Below, piece by piece: positions 38,152 through 47,195 of a stretch of DNA of 64,000 bases. The translations under genes and the position numbers were made by a program. The notes under the pieces were generated by a model. It ran no database searches. It was given only the letters and a program-made list of their open reading frames with translations, and was not told the origin of the DNA. Each line of letters opens with the position of its first letter. Positions within the stretch are counted from its first letter, which is position 1. The stretch spans positions 100,931 to 164,930 of the forward strand of contig CALXVQ010000001.1 of assembly GCA_944392135.1 (NCBI GenBank), read 5' to 3'. This DNA is from an uncultured Rickettsiales bacterium. GTDB taxonomy: Bacteria > Pseudomonadota > Alphaproteobacteria > Rickettsiales > UBA1997.

Positions 38152-38877
38152 TTTTTTAATTCTTTCAATTTTTGTTAAATTTAGTGCATTATTTTTCTTA
38201 AATTCATTAAAATCTTTTAAAGACATACCTTCGGCAAGATAATAACCTAGATCTTGTAAAAAATATTCTTTATCTTGATAAAAATAAGGTTCTTTCGCAT
38301 TTATTTTATATGTAATCCTAATTTTGTAAAATGTGTCTTGCAGTGTGCCAAAATATAAAAAAGTTTTTATTTTTGTATTATTTTGTATATTCCAATATTC
38401 ATAAATTGTTTCATACATTTTTATATTTTTGCTATCTTGTGTTGTAAAAACAAGTATATTATTTTCTAATATTTTTGAATTACTATAATTTAATAATATA
38501 TATTGTTTTTCACTATTATAAGCTTGTCTAACTATATTACTATTAATATCATTAGGTATTTGAATTAAACCATTATGATATGCAAAAATATCTACCCAAT
38601 AACCACTTTTTATTTTATTATTTTTATATCTTTTTGAATAACCTAAACCATTTTTAATAATTTCAAAATCACTAATTTCATCATTTGATTCTAAATTTCC
38701 AAGATAATCAGGAAGTACAGAAATAAACATTGCCGAACTAGGATTAAAAATTCTATTTGGTTCTATTTCTTTTGAATACTCTTCTCTTGATAATAAATTA
38801 AAGAATATATCAGTATTTTTGTCATATTGTTTGCATGATATTAAGCAAAAAAATAAAATAATTATAATTTTCAACAT
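38146..38877 (-). CDS. Hypothetical lipoprotein (last gene of the virB8-virB9-parA string)
   Basis: The internal start MLKIIIILFFCLISC (lipobox) at 38877 leaves a 5-nt gap after the parA stop. The longer track ORF (to 38940) would overlap parA. Confidence 0.5.
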   Translation of the reverse strand: MLKIIIILFFCLISCKQYDKNTDIFFNLLSREEYSKEIEPNRIFNPSSAMFISVLPDYLGNLESNDEISDFEIIKNGLGYSKRYKNNKIKSGYWVDIFAYHNGLIQIPNDINSNIVRQAYNSEKQYILLNYSNSKILENNILVFTTQDSKNIKMYETIYEYWNIQNNTKIKTFLYFGTLQDTFYKIRITYKINAKEPYFYQDKEYFLQDLGYYLAEGMSLKDFNEFKKNNALNLTKIERIKKL

Positions 38878-38882
38878 ATGTA

Positions 38883-39662
38883 TTATATTCTTTTTACCAT
38901 TTCTTCTGCTAATTTCATATATGCAACAGAACCAGGACATGTTGAATCATATATGATTGCAGGAATACCATGAGAAGGTGATTCTGATAATTTTACATTT
39001 CTAGGAATAACTGTTTCATAAACCATTTCACCTAAACATTGTCTAACATCTTGTTCTACTTGCTCTGTGAGTTTATTTCTTTTATCATACATTGTTAAAA
39101 TAATACCATTTATTGTTAGTTCACTATTAAAATTATCTCTAACTCTTTCTGCTGTGTCTAATAAATGAGATAAACCTTCTAATGCAAAAAATTCGCATTG
39201 TAAAGGTATAATTATAGATGTAGATGCCACTAATGCATTAATCGTCAATAAACTCAAAGATGGGGGGCAATCTATAAAAATATAATCAAAATGTTCTTGA
39301 AGTTTAGATAATTGATTTTTTAATCTAAATTCTCTGTTATCTATTGTTGTTAGTTCAACTTCTGCACCAGCTAAATTTACAGTACAAGGAATTATATATA
39401 AATTTGGTATTTTTGTTTGATAGACTAAATCATTCACATCTCTATCTTCAATTAATAGATTATATATATCATGTTTCTCTCTGTCTTTTAAGCTAAGACC
39501 AATACCACTACTAGCATTACTTTGTGGATCAAAATCAATAATTAATACTTTTTTATTTAATGCAGAAAAAACAGTTGCAATATTAATTACAGTTGTTGTT
39601 TTTCCAACACCACCTTTTTGATTTACAACAGAAATAATTTTTGTTTTTATATTATTTTCCAT
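38883..39662 (-). CDS. parA: ParA/Soj chromosome-partitioning ATPase (no adjacent parB)
   Basis: Deviant Walker A NQKGGVGKTTT, DFDPQSNAS, and C-terminal IPRNVKLSESPSHGIPAIIYD, typical of chromosomal Soj. Confidence 0.9.
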   Translation of the reverse strand: MENNIKTKIISVVNQKGGVGKTTTVINIATVFSALNKKVLIIDFDPQSNASSGIGLSLKDREKHDIYNLLIEDRDVNDLVYQTKIPNLYIIPCTVNLAGAEVELTTIDNREFRLKNQLSKLQEHFDYIFIDCPPSLSLLTINALVASTSIIIPLQCEFFALEGLSHLLDTAERVRDNFNSELTINGIILTMYDKRNKLTEQVEQDVRQCLGEMVYETVIPRNVKLSESPSHGIPAIIYDSTCPGSVAYMKLAEEMVKRI

Positions 39663-39678
39663 TTACTAACCTTTAATT

Positions 39679-40446
39679 TTACATTATAGAATTATTAAAA
39701 ATACACAATAGTTCATTACCATTTCTTAAAGCAAATTGAATGCCAACAGTGCTAATAGCAACATAATCTCCATCTATATAATAGTTTACTGGTGTTTCAT
39801 TTCCATAAATATCAACCAAAGAAAAATCTGGTATAACTAAATTATTTCTAGGAAACTGAAAATATGTTGTCTTGCCATCATCAAATACTTTGATTGGTAT
39901 TATATTTTTTGCATCACCAGCCATTGTATAATTAAAATTAATGACATCACCTCTTTCTATATTAGTTAGAGCAAAACCATCTTGCACACTAATTGTATCT
40001 ATATTTACAGATGATGAATCTTTTTGTGGCATTTCTGGATTTTTAATTTCTTCATCTGGGTAGAAAAATCTAATAGAATAAACTAGATCTTCGCTAGTTC
40101 TTTCATCAAAAGCTAGACCTGTTATCTCAAATTGATATGTTCTTTTTGTGGTAATTACTGTCATATTTGTTGTAACATCTATTTGTATAGGTCTTATAAA
40201 TAATCTTTTTCCAATAGGTGTAATCTTCCATGGATATGCTTCACCTAATGATATTATTTCAATATCTTCATCTGGGGCAAATTCTATAAAAGATTGAAAA
40301 CCATAGTGAAATTTCAATTGAAAAACTTCATTAGGATTATATACAATTGTTCTAATTCTTGAATCTGTGGTTAAAGCAACTTCTTCTTCGGCAAGAGCTG
40401 TGAATGAAAATGTAATTAATAATAGAAATAATATTTTTTTAAACAT
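39679..40446 (-). CDS. virB9: T4SS protein VirB9 (TrbG/CagX family)
   Basis: Signal peptide; DSRIRTIVYNPNEVFQL, TNMTVITTKRTYQFEI, and a C-terminal domain VFDDGKTTYFQF...VNYYIDGDYVAI. Confidence 0.85.
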   Translation of the reverse strand: MFKKILFLLLITFSFTALAEEEVALTTDSRIRTIVYNPNEVFQLKFHYGFQSFIEFAPDEDIEIISLGEAYPWKITPIGKRLFIRPIQIDVTTNMTVITTKRTYQFEITGLAFDERTSEDLVYSIRFFYPDEEIKNPEMPQKDSSSVNIDTISVQDGFALTNIERGDVINFNYTMAGDAKNIIPIKVFDDGKTTYFQFPRNNLVIPDFSLVDIYGNETPVNYYIDGDYVAISTVGIQFALRNGNELLCIFNNSIM

Positions 40447-40448
40447 TT

Positions 40449-41123
40449 TTATTCCTCATATTTTATTGAAAGTTCTTGATCAGAAACAAATTTTGTAACT
40501 TGAAAGCCTAATGGGTTAATATATCTATCTGCTTGACTTAAAGTCAAATTAGCAAATCTAAATTCCATTTCAGCAATCATATCTCTATTATTGGCAAAAC
40601 CACTAACACTTCCAATATTTTTTAGTCTATATCTTATTGTTACACTGGTTGGCGTTTGAAAAATTAATGATTTTATAGCAACTTCTATTATACCTCGATT
40701 TCCAATTTTAGCAACTGGACTATTAGGGTTTCTAGGGTTTATTTTTGATTGTATTTGCCTAAAAACAGCTGGTGTTGAAAATAAAGATAATTTTTTATAA
40801 TCATCTCTAAAAGTTCCTGGATTATAACCTTCTGCAGCTGATAAAAAGGAATAAATAAAATATCTTTTTAAGCTAACATCGGCAGTAAAATGACTTTCAT
40901 TTAATTGTTCAACAACAGTTGGAATTCCACTTTTTTCTTCAATTTCAATAACATATGGAACTAATGATTTTGAAGCCATTATTTGTTTTACAAAAATAAC
41001 AGATATTAATACAGATGTAATAGCAAGAAATGATATAAAAAATAAAATATTTCTTTGAAAACTAACAATTTGATATTTACTAGAATACCAACTTTTTAAT
41101 TGTAATTTCTGTTCTTTTGCCAT
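40449..41123 (-). CDS. virB8: T4SS protein VirB8
   Basis: N-terminal cytoplasmic tail, one TM, then VPYVIEIEEKSGIPTVV and an NTF2-like periplasmic domain. A 2-nt gap separates it from virB9. Confidence 0.8.
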   Translation of the reverse strand: MAKEQKLQLKSWYSSKYQIVSFQRNILFFISFLAITSVLISVIFVKQIMASKSLVPYVIEIEEKSGIPTVVEQLNESHFTADVSLKRYFIYSFLSAAEGYNPGTFRDDYKKLSLFSTPAVFRQIQSKINPRNPNSPVAKIGNRGIIEVAIKSLIFQTPTSVTIRYRLKNIGSVSGFANNRDMIAEMEFRFANLTLSQADRYINPLGFQVTKFVSDQELSIKYEE

Positions 41124-41214
41124 TATTTTTTCATATAAACTAGTTTAATAATACTATATTAATATGCTTTTTTTTATTATCAAGAAAAGTTTATATTAAT
41201 ATAGTATATAATAA

Positions 41215-43755
41215 TTATTCAATATAATATTCAGCTTCGTAATTATCAGGATTATTATAACAAGAAATATCATTTTTACATTTTTCTTTATCTTTTATAT
41301 CTACCATACATTTTAATGATATTTGTTCCTTTAAGCCAGTTTGAGAATTCACTCTTGTTCCCTTAATTACACCTTCATTAGGTATTGTGTATTGTCCCAT
41401 ATTATAACCTTTCTCACTAAGCTGCCATGTAACATCTTTGAAATTTTTTAATTCCGATGCCTTTTTACATCTTGGCAATATAATACATTTACTTGTTACT
41501 GTATTAATATCTGTTGGTACATAATCTTCCCACTTATACAACCATTGTTTTCCTCTGCCACATTCGTTAATTGCTACATCAGAATTACCTACTGCAAGAT
41601 TTGTTGAAAATAAAGCATAGTCTAATGGTTCAGCTGTTGGATTGTTTACTACACTTAAACCATTACAAGTTTCTATTGAAGATACTTTTTCTCCATATTT
41701 TGTTTTAGGAAAAGTTAAAGTATATGTATAAGTTTTTTTAATTGTTGTTTCTCCATCAACATTAATATATATAATTCTAGCCTTTCCTTCTCCATCTCTT
41801 ATAGATATACTTGGAAAACCACTTGCTGGTCCAACTTGATATGTTTTAGGACTAGTACAACCAACTCCTGAGAAAGTTTTGGTTAATTGTTTTTTACTGT
41901 CTCGATTATTATATTTAAGTGTTATACTGCAATTAATTCCATTTATACCACCAGATTTACCTGGGCCAATGTTAGAAGTTAATGCTTTTCTACTTTTTAT
42001 GATGCTAGTATTAATATAACCAGAGCCGCCACCACCAGATCCGCAACCTCTGTATTTATTACCATAAGTATTACAGGAGTAACCATCGTGTACTTTTCCA
42101 ATAGTTCCAAAGCCGCTACAATAGCTTCCGCCTCCACCATACCAACCACCACCACCTTGCATTACTGATTTTCCAAAGCTAGCAGTAGTTTTACAAACCC
42201 CTTTTTTACTAGTATCTCCATTTTTTGCGCCGGCAGATGCGAAAACATTTGTAGAACAATATTTTTTTCCACTCTTTTTATATTCGGAATAGCCTCCTAA
42301 ACCTTTTCCACCTCTATTATTTCCACCACCACCATAGCCACCATTTTCTGGGACTTTTGTTCCAAAACAAGTAACGGCTCTATGAGATGCTCCACCACCT
42401 CCACCAGCAACAATAAATCTATTTTTTAAACCCGTGCTATTATTCCAATTACCACCAACAGTTCTAACATCGGTAGCGCCACCACCGGCACCATCATTAT
42501 TTTTACTACCTCCAGCAGCACCGCCACCGCCATTCCAACCACCACCTTTACCACCTGCAACCTTAGTACCACCTCTATTGCCAACATAAATATATATTGT
42601 TCTATTTTTTACACCAATTCTTTTTAAATTCTCATCTGTTGTATCTAAATAACCAAAACTATAACCGCCTCCACCACCTTTTGAATTATCTGCATGTCCA
42701 CCTCTTGCTCCCCATACTTCAATAGATATTTCTTTTACATCGCTAGGAATTTTGAAAGGTTGTACTTTTCCTGTATAATTAAAAATTACTTGTTGTCCTG
42801 TTTTTGATGGGGCTATATTATCATCAGTTGTCGATGATGAACCTGTATCACCATCACTTTCGATACCACCATTTATTTTTTCAGTTAAAGTAAAGGTATA
42901 TGTATATTGCATTTCTTCACAATCATCTTCACCTGGATCGGGTTGTGTATTTGATGATAAATCTGTACCATAAAAATTTATTGAATTATCTAATTTTTTA
43001 TGATGATAAAGATATTTTGTATTGTCTTTATTTAATTTAAAATTATTTATTGGTAAGTTTTCTGCTTCCATTTGATTGGTTTTAAATTTATTACTTTTTT
43101 GACTATCATAAGGAAAAGCACCTGGTGTATTTAGATTAAATGACATTAATAAAAATATTTCACCATCACCTAAATATTTTTCTAATTTTACATTTTCCGC
43201 ATTATTTTCTAAAAAAGCTTGTTTCTGAGATGTAATCTTTTTTAATGCATCATTTTCTGTTAATTCTTGCGGAATCATATACACTATTTTATTTCCCCAG
43301 GCATCAACTAGATAATTATTTGATAAACCCAATGAAGCTGTTGGAACTGTGCCATATAAAATAGTTTCTTTATTCTCATTCACTGTTTCAAAAACACCTT
43401 TTCCATCTACAATACAAGTAGAGTTTAAATCTGGATTGTCATCAAATGATAATGAATAAGTTCCTCTTTTTTCAACTCCCATTTTATCTTTTGGACTTGT
43501 ACAGCCTTTTGTATCACAATTTAATGGGGCAGGGCAAGGAAATTTACCATATTTAGCAAGATATTTTGTTAAAGCTGTATCTATTTCTTGAAATTTTCTT
43601 GTGGTAGCAAAAGTTCTTTTATTAATATTTTCCATATCATATAAACCAATAACAGCTGTCATTATGGCACCCATTATAAGTATAATCATAGATATTATAA
43701 CTAGATTAAAACCATATGTATTGTTTATTCTTTTTACTGTCATCTCATTTACCAT
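41215..43755 (-). CDS. Giant prepilin-like protein with glycine-rich (ALK/LTK GRD-like, PF12810-type) domain
   Basis: The N-terminus MTVKRINNTYG|FNLVIISMIILIMGAIMTAVIGL followed by TRKFQEIDTALTKYLAKYGKFPCP is pseudopilin-like, but without Glu at +5. The central region has GARGGHADNSKGGGGGYS, VAGGKGGGWNGGGGAAGG, DGAGGGATDVR, IVAGGGGGAS and GCGSGGGGSGYIN. The protein is Cys-rich, and the start may be the Met at 43743. Confidence 0.6.
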   Translation of the reverse strand: MVNEMTVKRINNTYGFNLVIISMIILIMGAIMTAVIGLYDMENINKRTFATTRKFQEIDTALTKYLAKYGKFPCPAPLNCDTKGCTSPKDKMGVEKRGTYSLSFDDNPDLNSTCIVDGKGVFETVNENKETILYGTVPTASLGLSNNYLVDAWGNKIVYMIPQELTENDALKKITSQKQAFLENNAENVKLEKYLGDGEIFLLMSFNLNTPGAFPYDSQKSNKFKTNQMEAENLPINNFKLNKDNTKYLYHHKKLDNSINFYGTDLSSNTQPDPGEDDCEEMQYTYTFTLTEKINGGIESDGDTGSSSTTDDNIAPSKTGQQVIFNYTGKVQPFKIPSDVKEISIEVWGARGGHADNSKGGGGGYSFGYLDTTDENLKRIGVKNRTIYIYVGNRGGTKVAGGKGGGWNGGGGAAGGSKNNDGAGGGATDVRTVGGNWNNSTGLKNRFIVAGGGGGASHRAVTCFGTKVPENGGYGGGGNNRGGKGLGGYSEYKKSGKKYCSTNVFASAGAKNGDTSKKGVCKTTASFGKSVMQGGGGWYGGGGSYCSGFGTIGKVHDGYSCNTYGNKYRGCGSGGGGSGYINTSIIKSRKALTSNIGPGKSGGINGINCSITLKYNNRDSKKQLTKTFSGVGCTSPKTYQVGPASGFPSISIRDGEGKARIIYINVDGETTIKKTYTYTLTFPKTKYGEKVSSIETCNGLSVVNNPTAEPLDYALFSTNLAVGNSDVAINECGRGKQWLYKWEDYVPTDINTVTSKCIILPRCKKASELKNFKDVTWQLSEKGYNMGQYTIPNEGVIKGTRVNSQTGLKEQISLKCMVDIKDKEKCKNDISCYNNPDNYEAEYYIE

Positions 43756-43877
43756 AAAAATTACAGTTTACTACATTATATATTTTTATTGTAAAAAAGT
43801 CAAGGATAATCGTTTTTTATAGATTTTTAAAAAAGATAATATAATATAAAAATATATTAATTAAATTATATTTTACA

Positions 43878-44903
43878 ATGATTAAAAAGTTAGCAGTTGT
43901 TGGTGCAACAGGCATAAATAGTTTAGAATTTTTTTCAATTTTAGCAGAAAGAAAAATAAAAATAGAGGAAATTGTAGCTTTAAGTGCAAATGAAGAAGAA
44001 TATGGAAAAGAAATTAGCTATGGTTATGACGAAAGATTAAAAGTAAAAGCATTACAAGATTATGATTTTCATGGTACAGATGTGGCTGTTTTTATAACCG
44101 GAGTAGGTATAGCAGAAGTTTATACAAAAAAAGCATTGGAAAGTAATTGTATAGTTATTGATTCTAGTTCTTATTGGAGAAATGATAAAGATGTTCCTTT
44201 GATTGTTCCAGAGTTAAATAGTAGTGAAATTTTAAACTATAAAAACAAAAATATTATTTCATTACCTAGTGCTTCTGCTTTGCAATTAGCAATGGTACTT
44301 AAACCATTAACAATTTTAGCTGATATAAAAAGAGTGGTAGTTTCTACATATCAAGCTGTTTCAAGTAAAGGGCAAGATGCTATGGATGAATTATTTGAAC
44401 AAACAAAAAAGATTTATGAAAACGATTTTATGAAACCTATTTTATTTAAAAAAGAAATGCCATTTAATTTAATACCACAAGTTGGTGAATATTCACTTAA
44501 TGAAAACTATGAAGAAGAAAATTTTATAATTGATGAAACAAATAAAATTCTTAATACAAATATAAAAATTACATCAACATGTGTGCAAGTTCCAGTTTTT
44601 GCTTGTTATTCTCAATCTATCAATATAGAATTTAATGAAAAAATTGATATTGAAGATGCAAAAGAAGTTTTATCTGATGCTGATGGTATTTTAATTTTAG
44701 ATAAACCAGAAGAGTATGTTTTTGCAACACCTAGGGATTGTGCTGGTACAGAAGAAGTTTATGTTTCTAGAATTAGAAAAGATTTATCTCTTGAAAATGG
44801 TATAAATTTATGGTCGGTAGCTGATAATGTTAGAGTTGGTAAAGCATTAAATTTAGTTAATACATTGCAAGAATTAGATAAAAAATTATCTATTAAGAAA
44901 TAG
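43878..44903 (+). CDS. Aspartate-semialdehyde dehydrogenase homologue lacking the catalytic Cys/His
   Basis: Collinear with alphaproteobacterial/Gram-positive-type Asd (AVVGATG, VPLIVPELN, RVVVSTYQAVS, DAMDELF). The active-site motif NPNCST reads LPSASA, and the His of VPV..GHSES reads VPVFACYSQS. Confidence 0.75.
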   Translation: MIKKLAVVGATGINSLEFFSILAERKIKIEEIVALSANEEEYGKEISYGYDERLKVKALQDYDFHGTDVAVFITGVGIAEVYTKKALESNCIVIDSSSYWRNDKDVPLIVPELNSSEILNYKNKNIISLPSASALQLAMVLKPLTILADIKRVVVSTYQAVSSKGQDAMDELFEQTKKIYENDFMKPILFKKEMPFNLIPQVGEYSLNENYEEENFIIDETNKILNTNIKITSTCVQVPVFACYSQSINIEFNEKIDIEDAKEVLSDADGILILDKPEEYVFATPRDCAGTEEVYVSRIRKDLSLENGINLWSVADNVRVGKALNLVNTLQELDKKLSIKK

Positions 44904-45707
44904 GGTAAATAACTTTTTCTTATCACCCTTATTCTGTAAGAATAATTTTATTTCGGTATAATATGGCTCACCTAATGACTTTAATAAAAAGTCATTGTGT
45001 GCCATAATTTCAAAAGCATTAATATTATTATTTACAAATGCTAATGCAAATAATTCAACAGCATCTTTTTGTATTAATTTATTTATTAAATTATTTTGAT
45101 TAATTAAATATTCTAAAACATCATCATTATTGTAAGATATAAAATAAATCAAATAAGCCTTTATATCTCTATTATTAAAATTATCAAGAAAATCATTAAC
45201 CAATAATTGTATTAATTCATCTTTTTTGTGTTGAAATAATAAAAGCATAGTAGGAGCAATAACCTGTTTAGATAATGAATGTCTTAAAGATTTTGTTTTT
45301 ATAAAAAATTCCATTAAATCAATATTTTTTCTATTTAAAATAATAGAATATATAGTAGGAGTATCTCTAAAATAATATTCAACAAAGTCAAAATATTGAG
45401 TATAAAGTTTTATAATTGCATCATTTTTAGAATTATATAAAGAATATAAAATAATATTATACCCTTCTTCATTTACTAACTTATGCAATAAAATTTTATC
45501 TAAATTTAGTATATTTTTTATTGTGTTATAATCTTCATTATTAAGTGCTTTAAATAGTAATTTTGATAATTTAATATATTCTTCTTCAATATCACTTCTA
45601 ATTCTTGCTAAATCTCTTTTTTTACTAGGTTCTTCTAGATTTAGCTTTTTTATTTTTTTATATATTTTATTTATTTCACTATCTTTAAAAACACTTAATA
45701 ATGACAT
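44886..45707 (-). CDS. Hypothetical helical-repeat protein (possibly degenerate ankyrin-like)
   Basis: 273-aa ORF with repeated ~30-aa helical units (…NEEGYNIILYSLYNSKNDAIIKLY…). No firm family call. Confidence 0.35.
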   Translation of the reverse strand: MSLLSVFKDSEINKIYKKIKKLNLEEPSKKRDLARIRSDIEEEYIKLSKLLFKALNNEDYNTIKNILNLDKILLHKLVNEEGYNIILYSLYNSKNDAIIKLYTQYFDFVEYYFRDTPTIYSIILNRKNIDLMEFFIKTKSLRHSLSKQVIAPTMLLLFQHKKDELIQLLVNDFLDNFNNRDIKAYLIYFISYNNDDVLEYLINQNNLINKLIQKDAVELFALAFVNNNINAFEIMAHNDFLLKSLGEPYYTEIKLFLQNKGDKKKLFTLFLNR

Positions 45708-45714
45708 AACTATT

Positions 45715-46503
45715 TTATTTGTATGGTGGGCAAGTATAACCTTTTGGTGATAAAGTAAAAATTTCTACTCCGTCTTTTACAACAGCCATTGTATGTTCAA
45801 ATTGTGCCGATAAACTTTTATCTCTTGTTGTAGCAGTCCAACCATCAAGTTTACTGATAATAACATCATATTTACCAGCATTTATCATAGGTTCTATTGT
45901 AAAAATCATACCTTCTTCTAAAACTAAACCTTTGCCTTTATGACCATAATGTAATACTTGTGGTTCATCGTGAAATACTTTTCCAACACCATGTCCGCAA
46001 AAGTCTCTAACAACAGAAAAACCTTGTTTTTCAGCATATCTTTGAATAGCAAAACCTATATCGCCTAGTGTATTTCCAGGTTTTACTTGTTCTATGCCTA
46101 ACATTAAGCAATCATAAGTACATTGAGTTAATCTTTTTGCTTTTATGGATGGTTCACCAGCATAGTACATTCTACTAGTATCACCATAATAACCATCAAC
46201 TATAACTGTGACATCTATATTTAAAATATCACCATTTTTCAATTTTTTATCATAGCTCGGTATTCCATGACAAACAACATGATTTACAGAAATACATGTT
46301 GGTTTTGGATAACCATGATAACCTAATGGAGCAGCAATAGCACCATATTCTTTAATTTTTTCATAGCACAAATCATCAAGATAACCGGTAGATACACCAG
46401 GCTCAACAAAGTCTGTAATGTAGTCTAAAATCTCAGCAGCAATTTTGCCAGCTTTTCTCATGCCTTTAAAATCTTCTTCATTATATATTGGTACATTAGA
46501 CAT
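45715..46503 (-). CDS. map: Methionine aminopeptidase, type I
   Basis: Metal ligands are in context: DVTVIVDGYYGDTSRMY, CGHGVG, FTIEPM and FEHT. Confidence 0.95.
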   Translation of the reverse strand: MSNVPIYNEEDFKGMRKAGKIAAEILDYITDFVEPGVSTGYLDDLCYEKIKEYGAIAAPLGYHGYPKPTCISVNHVVCHGIPSYDKKLKNGDILNIDVTVIVDGYYGDTSRMYYAGEPSIKAKRLTQCTYDCLMLGIEQVKPGNTLGDIGFAIQRYAEKQGFSVVRDFCGHGVGKVFHDEPQVLHYGHKGKGLVLEEGMIFTIEPMINAGKYDVIISKLDGWTATTRDKSLSAQFEHTMAVVKDGVEIFTLSPKGYTCPPYK

Positions 46504-46514
46504 ATTTTATTACA

Positions 46515-47126
46515 CTAAAAATTTTTAAAACCAACTTTGAAATATATATAACCTGTTATTACAGTTAGAACAGCAGATATACATAAAAAAATCTCTCCAA
46601 GTTTTTGAATATAACCTTCAAAATTTATTCTAACAAATTCTTCAGCCTCCACAATATCCATTATTTCGTTATAAACATATTCAGAACCTCTACCAGCTAG
46701 TAATAATGCAGTAATAGCCATCATTTGAATAGCTGTTTTCCATTTTGCCAATCTAGTAACAGGAACCCCAACATTTAATGTTGCTAAAAATTCCCTGAGA
46801 CCAGATACCATAATTTCTCTACAAATAATAATTATAGAAGGAATTAAGATAATTGTATTTTGTTCAGAAAAATTTACTAACATAATTAATGAAACAGAAA
46901 CTAATAATTTATCAGCAATAGGATCTAAACATTTACCAAAGTTTGACTGTACTTTAAGAGATCTAGCTAAATAACCATCAAAATAATCAGTAATACTTGC
47001 TAACATAAATAATGATGCAACTATTATGTTTGTAATTCTAGATGGCATATAAAAAGACCATATAATAATAGGAATTAAAATAATTCTTAAAGCTGTCAAA
47101 AGATTAGGTATATTTTTTTTCCACAT
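46515..47126 (-). CDS. pgsA: CDP-diacylglycerol-glycerol-3-phosphate 3-phosphatidyltransferase
   Basis: CDP-alcohol phosphatidyltransferase motif DYFDGYLAR...G...DPIADK, in a multi-TM protein. Confidence 0.85.
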   Translation of the reverse strand: MWKKNIPNLLTALRIILIPIIIWSFYMPSRITNIIVASLFMLASITDYFDGYLARSLKVQSNFGKCLDPIADKLLVSVSLIMLVNFSEQNTIILIPSIIIICREIMVSGLREFLATLNVGVPVTRLAKWKTAIQMMAITALLLAGRGSEYVYNEIMDIVEAEEFVRINFEGYIQKLGEIFLCISAVLTVITGYIYFKVGFKNF

Positions 47127-47195
47127 GTACTAATTTTATTTTATTAATTTACTTAAAATAATAAAATAGCTTTATTATTATTCAAGAAAAATTAA

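Noticed and set aside
38878-38940. N-terminal extensions suggested by the ORF track: lipoprotein to 38940, argS to 48956, metG TTG at 35348, and chorismate mutase GTG at 18120
   Set aside because: The internal ATGs give homologue-like N-termini or a proper lipoprotein signal. They also remove overlaps with the upstream genes.
38883-39662. ParA-like gene in the vir string as a VirC1-type T4SS coupling ATPase
   Set aside because: The sequence is much closer to chromosomal Soj/ParA (N-terminal KGGVGKTT context and the C-terminal IPRNVKLSESPSHG motif). The unusual context is reported as a finding instead.
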